From an uncultured Ectothiorhodospiraceae bacterium (GTDB taxonomy: Bacteria; Pseudomonadota; Gammaproteobacteria; CAMYNG01), in the NCBI GenBank assembly GCA_947259765.1, contig CAMYNG010000019.1, positions 10,892 to 74,891 on the forward strand: a stretch of DNA of 64,000 nt, read 5' to 3'. Positions 30,100-39,398 of this stretch are shown one piece after another. A program made the position numbers and the translations under genes. A model generated the notes under the pieces. That model worked only from the letters and a program-made list of their open reading frames with translations. It had not been told where the DNA came from and searched no databases. The stretch's first letter is position 1. The number at the start of each line of letters is the position of its first letter.

Positions 30100-30663
30100 T
30101 TACTGGCGAACCGCCGGTGCACCTGTCTGTTTCTGAAGTAACAGTGCGTCGTATTCAACACCGGGATCAGGCGGCAACGGGCGTTCTACGGGACCCGGGG
30201 CTTGTACGGTTTCGGGACCGGGAGTGTCTTCTTCGACCAGCTCCGATTCGTCGCTGTCTGAATCCGTGGCTTCAGATTCCCCCACAAGATTTTGGTTGAA
30301 CGTCGGTCCGAATACCGGTTGACCCTCCGGATTCAGCGGCAGGAAACCGTTGCTTTGGTACTGGGGTGAAAAGCTGCTACCGGCTGCATAACCGGGCGGT
30401 ACGGCCAGCGGATCACTGTCTTCGTTGTCCGCGCTTGCGGGATCTTTTTCCGGATTCGCCTCGCCAGGTGTGGAGTCGGATTCATCTGCCTCGCCGTCTT
30501 CGTTCACGGTCACGGGCTGCGGTTCACTTTTGGGTGCCTGTAAATCCAGCGAGCCGGCCGTGCCGGTCTGGATGCCAAACATGGCGATAACCAGCGCGAA
30601 AAAACAGAGCCGTAGTCCACACAGTGCCTGTTGGCAGGTAATGTGTTGCTGGCTCGGCTTCAT
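30100..30663 (-). CDS. secreted acidic low-complexity protein, unknown function
   Basis: From M29 (MKPSQQ...) there is a hydrophobic signal-like segment LCFFALVIAMFGI, then a D/E/P/S-rich sequence. It lies directly downstream of fumC. Confidence 0.45.
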   Translation of the reverse strand: MKPSQQHITCQQALCGLRLCFFALVIAMFGIQTGTAGSLDLQAPKSEPQPVTVNEDGEADESDSTPGEANPEKDPASADNEDSDPLAVPPGYAAGSSFSPQYQSNGFLPLNPEGQPVFGPTFNQNLVGESEATDSDSDESELVEEDTPGPETVQAPGPVERPLPPDPGVEYDALLLQKQTGAPAVRQ

Positions 30664-30768
30664 AGGCGAATTGCTCCCGCGGAACAGTAGTGGAAGTTCT
30701 TGAAGTTCCTTGAATTTATGATTACACCAAATCGACGTCATGTCCAAGCCGGGACTGCAAATTGTGGC

Positions 30769-32163
30769 TTATTTTTGTTCCGGCAGGCCGCCCCGGGTAA
30801 GATTAAGCGGCTCCAGCAAGCGGGTCAGTTCCTCTGCCGACAGGTCAGTCATTTCCAGCGCGACCTCCAACACGGGCCGACCTTCCGCATAGGCCCGTTT
30901 GGCGATTGCCGCGCCTTTTTCATAGCCGATCACCGGATTGAGTGCGGTAACCAGGATTGGGTTTCGCTCCAGGGCCTGTTGTAATTTGGCCGCGTTGACT
31001 TCAAATCCAGCTATCGCCTTATCGGCCAGCAGACGTGCGGCGTTGCCGAGGAGTTCGATGCTTTGCAGCAGGTTATAACCGATTACGGGCAACATGACAT
31101 TGAGCTGAAAATTACCCGACTGGCCCGCGACGGTGACGGTGGTGTCATTACCCATAACTTGCGCGCAAACCATTGTCACGGCTTCGGGCATAACCGGGTT
31201 GACCTTGCCGGGCATGATAGAACTGCCGGGTTGTAAAGCGGGTAACGCGATCTCGGCAAGGCCCGCCAAGGGACCACTATTCATCCAGCGCAAGTCGTTG
31301 CTGATTTTCATCAGGCTCACCGCGGTGGTTTTTAAATGGCCGCTCATCTCCACGCTGGAATCCTGACTGGACAGTCCGGCGAAGAAATTCTCGCTGCTGC
31401 GGAAACGGACGCTGGTAAGGCGAGTAAGCTGTTCTGCCACACGCGGACCGAAATCTTCCGGAGTGTTGATGCCGGTACCCACAGCCGTTCCGCCCAATGG
31501 CAGGGAACAGAGTCGCGTCAGCGAGGCCTGTATACGGTACATGTTCTGCCTGATTTGGTGAGACCAGCCGGTGAGTTGTTGCCCTAGCGTCACGGGCATG
31601 GCATCCATTAGATGGGTTCGGCCGGTAGTGACGGTCTCGCTGAGTTCCCCGGCGCGTTTGTCTATAGCCTGCGCCAGGTGGTCCAGCGCCGGCAGCAGTT
31701 GCGTGTTAATTTCGAGGCAGGCACTCACATGGATTGCTGCGGGAAACACGTCGTTGGAACTCTGCCCCATGTTGACGTGATCATTGGCATGGATGGATTC
31801 GCCCGCTATGCCGGCGGCGAGGCGGGCAATCACCTCGTTGACGTTCATGTTGGATGAGGTACCGGAGCCGGTTTGAAACACATCCACCGGAAATTGGGCG
31901 TCGTGCTTACCGTCAGCAACTTCACCCGCTGCCTGATTTATAGCGTCGACGAAGTTTTGCTGAAGCAATCCCAGTTCGCCGTTGACGGTGGCGCAGGCCG
32001 CTTTTATATAACCCAGTGCATGAATCAGGGCACCGGGGATTGGCTGGCCACTGATGGGAAAATTTTCGATCGCCCGTTGCGTCTGGGCGCCGTAGAGTGC
32101 GTTTTCGGGAACCTGGAGTTCCCCCATGCTGTCGCGTTCGCTGCGATACCCTTTATCCGTCAT
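30769..32163 (-). CDS. fumC: class II fumarate hydratase
   Basis: GSSIMPGKVNP signature. 464 aa. Confidence 0.92.
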   Translation of the reverse strand: MTDKGYRSERDSMGELQVPENALYGAQTQRAIENFPISGQPIPGALIHALGYIKAACATVNGELGLLQQNFVDAINQAAGEVADGKHDAQFPVDVFQTGSGTSSNMNVNEVIARLAAGIAGESIHANDHVNMGQSSNDVFPAAIHVSACLEINTQLLPALDHLAQAIDKRAGELSETVTTGRTHLMDAMPVTLGQQLTGWSHQIRQNMYRIQASLTRLCSLPLGGTAVGTGINTPEDFGPRVAEQLTRLTSVRFRSSENFFAGLSSQDSSVEMSGHLKTTAVSLMKISNDLRWMNSGPLAGLAEIALPALQPGSSIMPGKVNPVMPEAVTMVCAQVMGNDTTVTVAGQSGNFQLNVMLPVIGYNLLQSIELLGNAARLLADKAIAGFEVNAAKLQQALERNPILVTALNPVIGYEKGAAIAKRAYAEGRPVLEVALEMTDLSAEELTRLLEPLNLTRGGLPEQK

Positions 32164-32554
32164 CCTGCTTGAAGTTCCTGATCAAATCCCATTTGTTAAT
32201 TTTTTCTTCCACAATACGCCACTGACCGTCGTCTTCTTTTTCCAGCATGACATCCTTGCTAACCTGCACTTGTTTGCCGTCGGCGGTGGTCATGGTTTCA
32301 ACGGTACTGAAGCCGATACGGCGCAAACCAATGGTCTTAATTTTAACGCCTTCGTGCGACAGGGCGGTCAGCAGGCCGCGGCTGAATTCGTTGTGTCGAC
32401 GTTCCTGCCAGCCTGCGTAGTCCACAGTCTTTTTGCTGGGCAGACCATACACATACACTTTTTTTGAAATCAGCGCCATGTGGCGCTTCAAATCCCGCCG
32501 CGCCACACTGTCGGCGAATTCGGCGAGCCACTGACGAATCATGACTTCTGACAT
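32153..32554 (-). CDS. small NTF2-like/SnoaL-like fold protein (tentative)
   Basis: 133 aa from MSEVMIRQWL. Its 3' end overlaps the fumC start by 11 nt, which suggests translational coupling. The fold assignment comes from the sequence pattern only. Confidence 0.4.
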   Translation of the reverse strand: MSEVMIRQWLAEFADSVARRDLKRHMALISKKVYVYGLPSKKTVDYAGWQERRHNEFSRGLLTALSHEGVKIKTIGLRRIGFSTVETMTTADGKQVQVSKDVMLEKEDDGQWRIVEEKINKWDLIRNFKQDDG

Positions 32555-32848
32555 GCTGACTGACAATCCCCTGGGTTGTAACTCTTCTCCGCAATCTGTA
32601 TCGGCGTGCCGTGGGATTTCCAAAGGGGGTACGTGGAAAAGACGCTTGCGGAGACTTCAAAAGCCGTGTTACATGGGCGTAACACGCTGATAATATGGTG
32701 AAATTAACTAAATACGCGATTAAGGCGTGCATGCCGATTCTTGACCTGACCGGCCAAAAAGCTGATCATACGCGGCTTCCTGACGGCATACCGACACGTT
32801 ATGTTGTTACAAGCCGTTGAATTTGAATAAAAAACATGAAGGGGCCCC

Positions 32849-33859
32849 ATGAACGACTCCGACAAGAAGCGCCTGCTGCGTGAAATGATCTTCTATCGTC
32901 GCTTCGAGGACCGCACCTTCGAGGCCTATATGGAGCGCAAAATCGGTGGATTCCTGCACCTTTATACCGGGCAGGAAGCGGTTGCCACCGGCGTGCTCGA
33001 CATGGCCCGAATGGGTGGCGGCGATAAGGCGGACTACGTGATCACCGGCTATCGGGATCACGTTCATGCAATCAAGAGCGGCGCGCCGGCGCGTGAAGTT
33101 ATGGCCGAGTTGTACGGTAAGGAAACCGGTTCCTCGCGTGGTCGTGGCGGTTCGATGCATATCTTTGATCCCACCGCGAACTTTATGGGCGGTTACGCTC
33201 TGGTGGGGCAACCGTTTCCTTTGGCCGCCGGTCTGGCCATGGGCTGCAAGCACAAAGGTACGGATCAAATCGCGATCTGTTTCCTCGGTGACGGCGCCAA
33301 TAACCAGGGCACCTTCCATGAGACCATGAATATGGCATCGGTGTGGGAGCTGCCGGTTTTGTTTGTGTGCGAAAACAATATGTACGCCATTGGCACTCAC
33401 ATCGATCGTTCTACGGCGGTTCGAGATCAGTACAAGCGTATGTGCGCCTATGACATTGAGGCGTCGCAACATGACGGTATGGATATTGAGACCGTTCTAG
33501 AGGCGTCAAAGAAAGCCGTCGACTACGTGCGGAAAAATTCCAAACCTTACTTTATAGAGTTCATGACCTACCGTTTTCGCGGCCACTCCATGTCCGACGC
33601 AAAAGGCTATCGAACACGTGAAGAAGAACAGGAGTGGGAGAAACGCGATCCCATCAATATCTTTGCGGGCAAGCTCAAGAAAGCGGGCTTGATCACGGAT
33701 GCAGACATCAAGGCGATGGAAAAGGAAATCGACGATGAGATCGAGAACGATATCATCAAATTCGCCGAAGAGAGTCCGGAACCCAAGGTAGAAGACCTGG
33801 GTAAATATGTTCTGGACGATAACCCCGATCCGCGCTGGATTGGGCCGCTGCAACAATAA
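32849..33859 (+). CDS. pdhA: pyruvate dehydrogenase (acetyl-transferring) E1 component, alpha subunit
   Basis: TPP-binding GDGANNQG...ENNMYA and the YRFRGHSMSD loop. 336 aa. Confidence 0.85.
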   Translation: MNDSDKKRLLREMIFYRRFEDRTFEAYMERKIGGFLHLYTGQEAVATGVLDMARMGGGDKADYVITGYRDHVHAIKSGAPAREVMAELYGKETGSSRGRGGSMHIFDPTANFMGGYALVGQPFPLAAGLAMGCKHKGTDQIAICFLGDGANNQGTFHETMNMASVWELPVLFVCENNMYAIGTHIDRSTAVRDQYKRMCAYDIEASQHDGMDIETVLEASKKAVDYVRKNSKPYFIEFMTYRFRGHSMSDAKGYRTREEEQEWEKRDPINIFAGKLKKAGLITDADIKAMEKEIDDEIENDIIKFAEESPEPKVEDLGKYVLDDNPDPRWIGPLQQ

Positions 33860-33871
33860 AGGGCACTACGC

Positions 33872-34852
33872 ATGGCAGAGATTGCATACTGGGAAGCGAT
33901 TCGTCGCGCCCATGACGAAGAAATGGCCAACGACCCCCTGGTCATCGCGATGGGGGAAGATATCGGTGTAGCCGGAGGTACATACAAGGCGACTTCGGGC
34001 CTGTTCGACAAATACGGGCCACAACGAATCATCGACACGCCAATTTCAGAGAATTCCTATACCGGCATCGGTATCGGCGCCTCCATGGTCGGCATGCGGC
34101 CAATAATCGAAATTATGTCGATTAACTTCGCCTTACTGGCGCTCGACACCCTTATAAATGCAGCGGCGAAAATCCGTTACATGTCCGGTGGTCGGGTGCA
34201 GTGCCCAATCGTTATGCGTACGCCGGGTGGAACGGCGCATCAGCTGGCCGCGCAACATTCGGCACGTCTGGCGCGTATGTTCATGTCGACTTCCGGTCTG
34301 CGTGTGGTTACTCCACGTGGTCCGATTGATGCGTATGGCATGTTGAAATCTGCGGTGCGCTGTAATGATCCGGTCATCGTTATTGAACATGAGCAGATGT
34401 ATAACCTGAAGGAAGAAATGCCGGACGAGGAATTCTTCCGCCCGTTGGAAGGCGCGGAAATTGTTCGCCAGGGCGAGGATATTACGCTGATTGGTTACAA
34501 CTACAGCGTCCACCTGTGTCTGCAAGCGGCGCAGCGGCTTGAGAGCGACGGCGTTAGTGCGGAAGTGCTGGACCTGCGCTCACTTAAACCGCTGGATCGT
34601 GAAACCATTCGTCGATCCGTTGAGAAAACACATCGCTTCCTGATTGCGGAAGAAGATGAGGCCGCGGTTGGCGTGGGTTCCGAGATCATTTCCGTGATTT
34701 CCGAGGACTGTTTCTATGCGCTGGATGCGCAGCCGGTGCGTATTCATGCCGCAGATGTACCCGTACCTTACAATCATCGTTTGGAAAAGGCAGCTATTCC
34801 CAGTGCGGACGATGTGTATGAAGGCGCACTCAAAGTGTTGGGCAAGATTTAA
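33872..34852 (+). CDS. pdhB: pyruvate dehydrogenase E1 component, beta subunit
   Basis: RIIDTPISENSYTGIGIGASM, and the transketolase C-terminal domain DLRSLKPLD. 326 aa. Confidence 0.85.
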   Translation: MAEIAYWEAIRRAHDEEMANDPLVIAMGEDIGVAGGTYKATSGLFDKYGPQRIIDTPISENSYTGIGIGASMVGMRPIIEIMSINFALLALDTLINAAAKIRYMSGGRVQCPIVMRTPGGTAHQLAAQHSARLARMFMSTSGLRVVTPRGPIDAYGMLKSAVRCNDPVIVIEHEQMYNLKEEMPDEEFFRPLEGAEIVRQGEDITLIGYNYSVHLCLQAAQRLESDGVSAEVLDLRSLKPLDRETIRRSVEKTHRFLIAEEDEAAVGVGSEIISVISEDCFYALDAQPVRIHAADVPVPYNHRLEKAAIPSADDVYEGALKVLGKI

Positions 34853-34960
34853 CAACAGGTAGACCGGGCAGTGTTCCGGTCGCCCTGTCTTGAAAGTTTT
34901 AACAATCATAACTGCTAGCGAGTTGGGTCGAGTGTGCTAGACGACTTGTTTATCACGCCA

Positions 34961-34988
34961 CCTCGTCACTCGTTACTCGAACCTCGAT
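34961..34988. repeat. degenerate heptamer array (CCTCGTC ACTCGTT ACTCGAA CCTCGAT)
   Basis: Four 7-nt units share the xCTCGxx pattern and end 10 nt before the ATG at 34998. Partially complementary CGAGT units lie at 34919-34934. Confidence 0.7.
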
Positions 34989-34997
34989 ACTGTTCTT

Positions 34998-37900
34998 ATG
35001 GCTGATCCGTATGTAGTAAAAATGCCGCAGCTCTCCGACACCATGTCAGAGGGCACCGTGGTGACCTGGGAAAAGGAAATCGGTGATTTCATCGAACGCG
35101 GCACCATTGTTGCCACCATCGAAACCGATAAGGCAATCATGGACGTGGAAGTGTTCCGTGAAGGCTATCTTTCCGGCCCCGTAGCGGCAGTGGACGCTGT
35201 TATTCCCGTCGGCAAGCCTATTGGTTATCTGGTTGCGGACAAGTCTGATGTCAAACAGGACGGCAGTTCACCAACGCCGGTGACCGAGCCACAACCTGCA
35301 GCCGCACCTGCCTCCTTATCTCCCTCCACAGTCGAGCAGGTCGCTGACGAAACACCAAGCGATGCCTACACCGTCAAGATGCCACAACTGTCCGACACCA
35401 TGACCGAAGGTGTGCTGGTAAGTTGGGAAAAGAGCGTCGGCGACAAGGTTGAGCGCGGCGACGTGGTGGCCCAGGTGGAAACCGACAAGGCCATTATGGA
35501 TGTCGAGGTATTTCGTGAGGGGTATCTCTCCGGACCAGTGGCGGAAGCGGATGCAACGATCCCGGTCGGTGAAGCCATTGGTTATTTAGTACAGGACAAG
35601 GCCCAGGTTCTCGATACACTCAAGACTGTTTCAACCGCGGTCCCTGCTGCAGCAACAAGCAGCACGATCAAATCGACACCGGCCGGTACGGCGAAAGCCA
35701 AGACTAAGATCCCGGCCATGCCACACGGCGCAACACCCGCACCACGACCGCGGGGCACGGGTGCCACGCCATATGCGCGTCAGCTTGCCGGTGCCCACGG
35801 CATCGATCTAAACAGCATTACCGGCTCAGGACCGAACGGCGTCATTGTTGCCGCCGATGTGTTGAACAGCGAGGTGCAGAAGACCGCGACCAAGCGGATC
35901 TACCAAGTGCCTGGTGTCGGCCGTCCCATGGACGCCATGGAAAAGGCCGTTACCCACAACATGGAATACTCACTTTCCATGCCGCTGTTCCGCGTAACCG
36001 TGAATATCAATCCAAATAACCTGAAGGAAGCGTCCAAGGCCAAAGGCTTTTCCTTAACGGTCACGCTGGCTAAGGCCACTGCGCTGGCAATTCAGGATTT
36101 CCCGCGAATCAATGCCGTCTATCAACACGAGGATCGAATCGTCGAACGCGATCAGGTGGATGTCGGTCTCGCCGTTAAGACCGAGGGCATGGGTTTAGTG
36201 GTACCGATTCTGCGCGATGCCGCAAATCGGGATCTCGGATCGCTCAATGACGATTGGAAAGATCTGGTGAATCGTGCACGCGCGCGGCGCTTGAAGCCGG
36301 ACGAGTATTCCAATCCGACCTTTACTATTTCAAATATGGGCATGCTGGGTGTTGCACACTTTGATGCCATCCCGTCACCGGGTACCTCGGCGATCTTTGC
36401 CATCGCCACGACCGGCCCGCAGGGTATGCCCGTTACCATCACCGCGGATCATCGTATCGTCAATGGTGCAGATGCCGCAGAGTTTTTAAACCGTTTCAAA
36501 GAACTGGTCGAGCACCCGACCTGGCTCGACAGTGCCGCCGTGCCGGCTAGCGGTACGACCGGTCCGGCGTTTCAGATCCCTAAAGGTGATTGGGATTATG
36601 ACGTGGTGGTGATCGGTGGTGGGCCGGGTGGCGAAGATTGCGCACGTGATCTGGTCGAACATGGATTTAAAGTGGCCATGGTCAATGATGCACCCTTCCC
36701 GGGAGGCGAATGTCTGTGGCGGGGTTGTATTCCCTCCAAGGCGTGGCGTGCCGCGGCGGATCGTATTCGCGATCGGGCGCATGACAGTTTGCTTGGCGTC
36801 AAAGGCACCAATAAAGCAGAACTGGATTGGAAAAAACTGGAGAAACATCGTCGTGGTGTTCTGGAAAGCCGCGGCGAGATGGCCTTAAAGACCGATAAGG
36901 GTGTCAGGATAGATGTAATCCAGGGCTTCGCGCGTTTCCAGGATGACCACCACGTGTTCGTTGATACAGGTGGTAACCAGAAAGATCCGCACACACGTGC
37001 CGAACCCGGCGACGCAAAAAAGGGCAAGCCGGTCAGCTTCGGGGCAGCGGTAATCGCCACCGGCGCTCCGCCGTGGGTGCCGCCGATCCCGGGTGCCGAA
37101 GAGGGACTGGCATCGGGTGGCATACTGACTTCGGATACGGTCTGGGCCCTGAAAGAAACACCAAAGCGTCTGGGTGTGATTGGTGGCGGCGCCATTGGCG
37201 TGGAGATGGCGCAGATCTTCCAGGATTTCGGTAGCAAGGTCATGCTGCTGGAAGTACAGGAGCGGATCCTGGCGGAAGTCGAACCCGAAGTGGCCAAACA
37301 ACTCACCGCTGTGCTCAATGACGATCCAAGACTGAGCATAGAGACCGGCGTGAAAATCAAACATATCAAGGGTGAGCCCGGTGAAATGAAGCTCAGCTTT
37401 GAAGACAAGGAAGGCAAGAACCGTAACTTCGGTTGTGACTATGTCATCGTTGCCACCGGTAAGCGCCCCGAACTGGCACCGTTGTCACTGGACAAGGCGG
37501 GTGTGGTTGAGGAGAAGGGTGTTGTCAAGGCGGATAATAGGGGTCAAACATCGGTGCCACACATTTTCGGTGTGGGTGATGTCATCGGCGGGCTCATGCT
37601 TGCGCACACCGCCGGTCAGCAGGGCAGGGTGGCCGCCGCAACCATCGCCGGCGAGCACATGGTATACGACCAGGACAAGGACTCTGGTGTGATTTTTACA
37701 CGGCCGGAGGCTGCGTTTGTTGGTCTCTCTATGGAACAAGCCAAAGCCCAAGGAATTGACGCGGCTGAGGTCAAGGTACCTATGAGTATCGATGCCAAAG
37801 CGATGATCACGGGAGAACAGCACGGTTTGATTAAGATCGTCGCGGATAAAAAGTCACACCGCATCGTCGGCGTGCATTTCCTCGCGGATCACGCCGATAC

Positions 37901-38072
37901 CTTGATCGGTGAGGCAGTGATGATGGTTTCGGGTGAAATGACCCTGGAGCAAGTAGGTCAGGCAATACACCCGCATCCTACCCAGACAGAATTGTTTGGC
38001 GAACTTGCGCGACGTTTGTCTTCACGTCTACGTCGCTCTGAAAAACGCGCCAAAGCAAAGGCAAACAAGTAA
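34998..38072 (+). CDS. fused dihydrolipoamide acetyltransferase (E2: two lipoyl domains, subunit-binding domain, catalytic domain) and dihydrolipoyl dehydrogenase (E3)
   Basis: Lipoyl motifs ETDKA x2 (K45, K164). Subunit-binding domain ATPYARQLAGAHGIDLNSITGSGPNG. E2 active site ADHRIVNGA at about aa 483-491. After a 20-aa linker, in frame: E3 DYDVVVIGGGPGG, redox CLWRGCIPSK, GVIGGGAIGVE, and HPHPTQTE. Confidence 0.85.
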   Translation: MADPYVVKMPQLSDTMSEGTVVTWEKEIGDFIERGTIVATIETDKAIMDVEVFREGYLSGPVAAVDAVIPVGKPIGYLVADKSDVKQDGSSPTPVTEPQPAAAPASLSPSTVEQVADETPSDAYTVKMPQLSDTMTEGVLVSWEKSVGDKVERGDVVAQVETDKAIMDVEVFREGYLSGPVAEADATIPVGEAIGYLVQDKAQVLDTLKTVSTAVPAAATSSTIKSTPAGTAKAKTKIPAMPHGATPAPRPRGTGATPYARQLAGAHGIDLNSITGSGPNGVIVAADVLNSEVQKTATKRIYQVPGVGRPMDAMEKAVTHNMEYSLSMPLFRVTVNINPNNLKEASKAKGFSLTVTLAKATALAIQDFPRINAVYQHEDRIVERDQVDVGLAVKTEGMGLVVPILRDAANRDLGSLNDDWKDLVNRARARRLKPDEYSNPTFTISNMGMLGVAHFDAIPSPGTSAIFAIATTGPQGMPVTITADHRIVNGADAAEFLNRFKELVEHPTWLDSAAVPASGTTGPAFQIPKGDWDYDVVVIGGGPGGEDCARDLVEHGFKVAMVNDAPFPGGECLWRGCIPSKAWRAAADRIRDRAHDSLLGVKGTNKAELDWKKLEKHRRGVLESRGEMALKTDKGVRIDVIQGFARFQDDHHVFVDTGGNQKDPHTRAEPGDAKKGKPVSFGAAVIATGAPPWVPPIPGAEEGLASGGILTSDTVWALKETPKRLGVIGGGAIGVEMAQIFQDFGSKVMLLEVQERILAEVEPEVAKQLTAVLNDDPRLSIETGVKIKHIKGEPGEMKLSFEDKEGKNRNFGCDYVIVATGKRPELAPLSLDKAGVVEEKGVVKADNRGQTSVPHIFGVGDVIGGLMLAHTAGQQGRVAAATIAGEHMVYDQDKDSGVIFTRPEAAFVGLSMEQAKAQGIDAAEVKVPMSIDAKAMITGEQHGLIKIVADKKSHRIVGVHFLADHADTLIGEAVMMVSGEMTLEQVGQAIHPHPTQTELFGELARRLSSRLRRSEKRAKAKANK

Positions 38073-38098
38073 CTAAACCGGCGGCTGGGGTTCACACC

Positions 38099-38159
38099 GT
38101 CATTCCGGCGCAGGCCGGAATTCAGGGGTGAGATCGTGGATACCGGCCTGCGCCGGTAT
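38099..38159. repeat. REP-like palindromic element pair
   Basis: GTCATTCCGGCGCAGGCCGGAATTCAG (38099-38125) plus ATACCGGCCTGCGCCGGTAT (38140-38159). The two cores CCGGCGCAGGCCGG and CCGGCCTGCGCCGG are reverse complements. Family copies occur at 51788, 51832 and 56313. Confidence 0.8.
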
Positions 38160-38210
38160 GGTGAGATGTTGCGGTTCATTTGTACCTGATTCTTGATTAA
38201 GGACACCTCC

Positions 38211-39398
38211 ATGGCAGATGTAAAAAAAGTAGTACTCGCATACTCCGGCGGTCTCGATACGTCGATCATTCTGAAATGGTTGGAGGACACCTACGGTTGC
38301 GAGGTCGTAACTTTCACAGCCGACATTGGTCAGGGTGAAGAGGTGGAGCCGGCGCGCGTCAAGGCCGAGGCAATGGGTGTAAAGGAGATCTACATTGAGG
38401 ATCTGCGTGAAGAGTTCGCGCGGGACTTTGTGTTTCCCATGTTTCGCGCCAATACCGTTTACGAAGGTGAATACTTGTTGGGTACCTCCATCGCGCGGCC
38501 ATTGATTGCCAAGCGTTTGGTGGAAATTGCCAACGAAACCGGTGCCGATGCCATTTCTCACGGTGCTACCGGCAAGGGTAACGATCAGGTGCGTTTTGAA
38601 CTGGGTGCCTATGCCCTGAAGCCGGATGTCAAAGTTATTGCGCCGTGGCGCGAGTGGGAGCTAACGTCACGTGAGAAGTTGATGAGTTACGCCGAACAAC
38701 ACGGTATTCCCGTTGAGATGAAGCGCGGTAAAAAATCACCGTATTCCATGGACGCTAACTCGCTGCACATCTCTTATGAAGGTGGCATCCTGGAAGACCC
38801 CTGGGCTGAGCCCGAAGCGGATATGTGGCGCTGGAGTGTTTCGCCTGAAAAGGCGCCGGATAAACCCAGCTATCTCGAGTTGGGCTTTAACAATGGTGAC
38901 ATTGTTACTATCGATGGCAAGGCAACCAGCCCAGCCGGCGTCATGGAAACGTTGAATAAGTTGGGTGGTGCCAACGGTATCGGTCGTGATGATATTGTGG
39001 AGAACCGCTATGTAGGCATGAAGTCGCGTGGTTGTTACGAAACGCCCGCAGGTACCATTATGCTCAAGGCACATCGTGCCATGGAATCGATTACCCTGGA
39101 CAGAGAAGTAGCGCACCTAAAAGATGAACTCATGCCGCGTTATGCGAGCCTGATCTACAATGGTTACTGGTGGTCACCGGAACGCACCATGCTGCAGGAA
39201 ATGATCGACGCCTCGCAACGGACCGTGAACGGTTTGGTGAGACTGAAACTCTACAAGGGCAATGTCGAGGTTGTCGGCCGCAAATCCGAAACCGACTCGC
39301 TGTTCGACGAGAACATTGCGACCTTTGAAGATGATGCCGGCGCGTATGATCAGAAAGATGCCCCGCCAGGAAAAAATAGGCGGCTTAGCTACCTTTAA
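38211..39398 (+). CDS. argG: argininosuccinate synthase (type I); the last 12 codons are not homologous to the family C-terminus
   Basis: [20 protein letters not shown]-loop, then family-like sequence through ...[13 protein letters not shown] (39362). It then ends [11 protein letters not shown] in place of the conserved GFI-x-LN-x-LRL tail. Confidence 0.85.
   Translation: MADVKKVVLAYSGGLDTSIILKWLEDTYGCEVVTFTADIGQGEEVEPARVKAEAMGVKEIYIEDLREEFARDFVFPMFRANTVYEGEYLLGTSIARPLIAKRLVEIANETGADAISHGATGKGNDQVRFELGAYALKPDVKVIAPWREWELTSREKLMSYAEQHGIPVEMKRGKKSPYSMDANSLHISYEGGILEDPWAEPEADMWRWSVSPEKAPDKPSYLELGFNNGDIVTIDGKATSPAGVMETLNKLGGANGIGRDDIVENRYVGMKSRGCYETPAGTIMLKAHRAMESITLDREVAHLKDELMPRYASLIYNGYWWSPERTMLQEMIDASQRTVNGLVRLKLYKGNVEVVGRKSETDSLFDENIATFEDDAGAYDQKDAPPGKNRRLSYL

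Noticed and set aside
32807-33472. 221-aa minus-strand ORF.
   Set aside because: It is antisense to pdhA, whose TPP motif and operon context are clear.
36596-37417. 273-aa, 159-aa and 120-aa minus-strand ORFs inside the E2-E3 gene.
   Set aside because: They are antisense shadow ORFs in GC-rich coding DNA with Ser/Pro/Arg-rich composition. The plus frame carries unmistakable E3 motifs.
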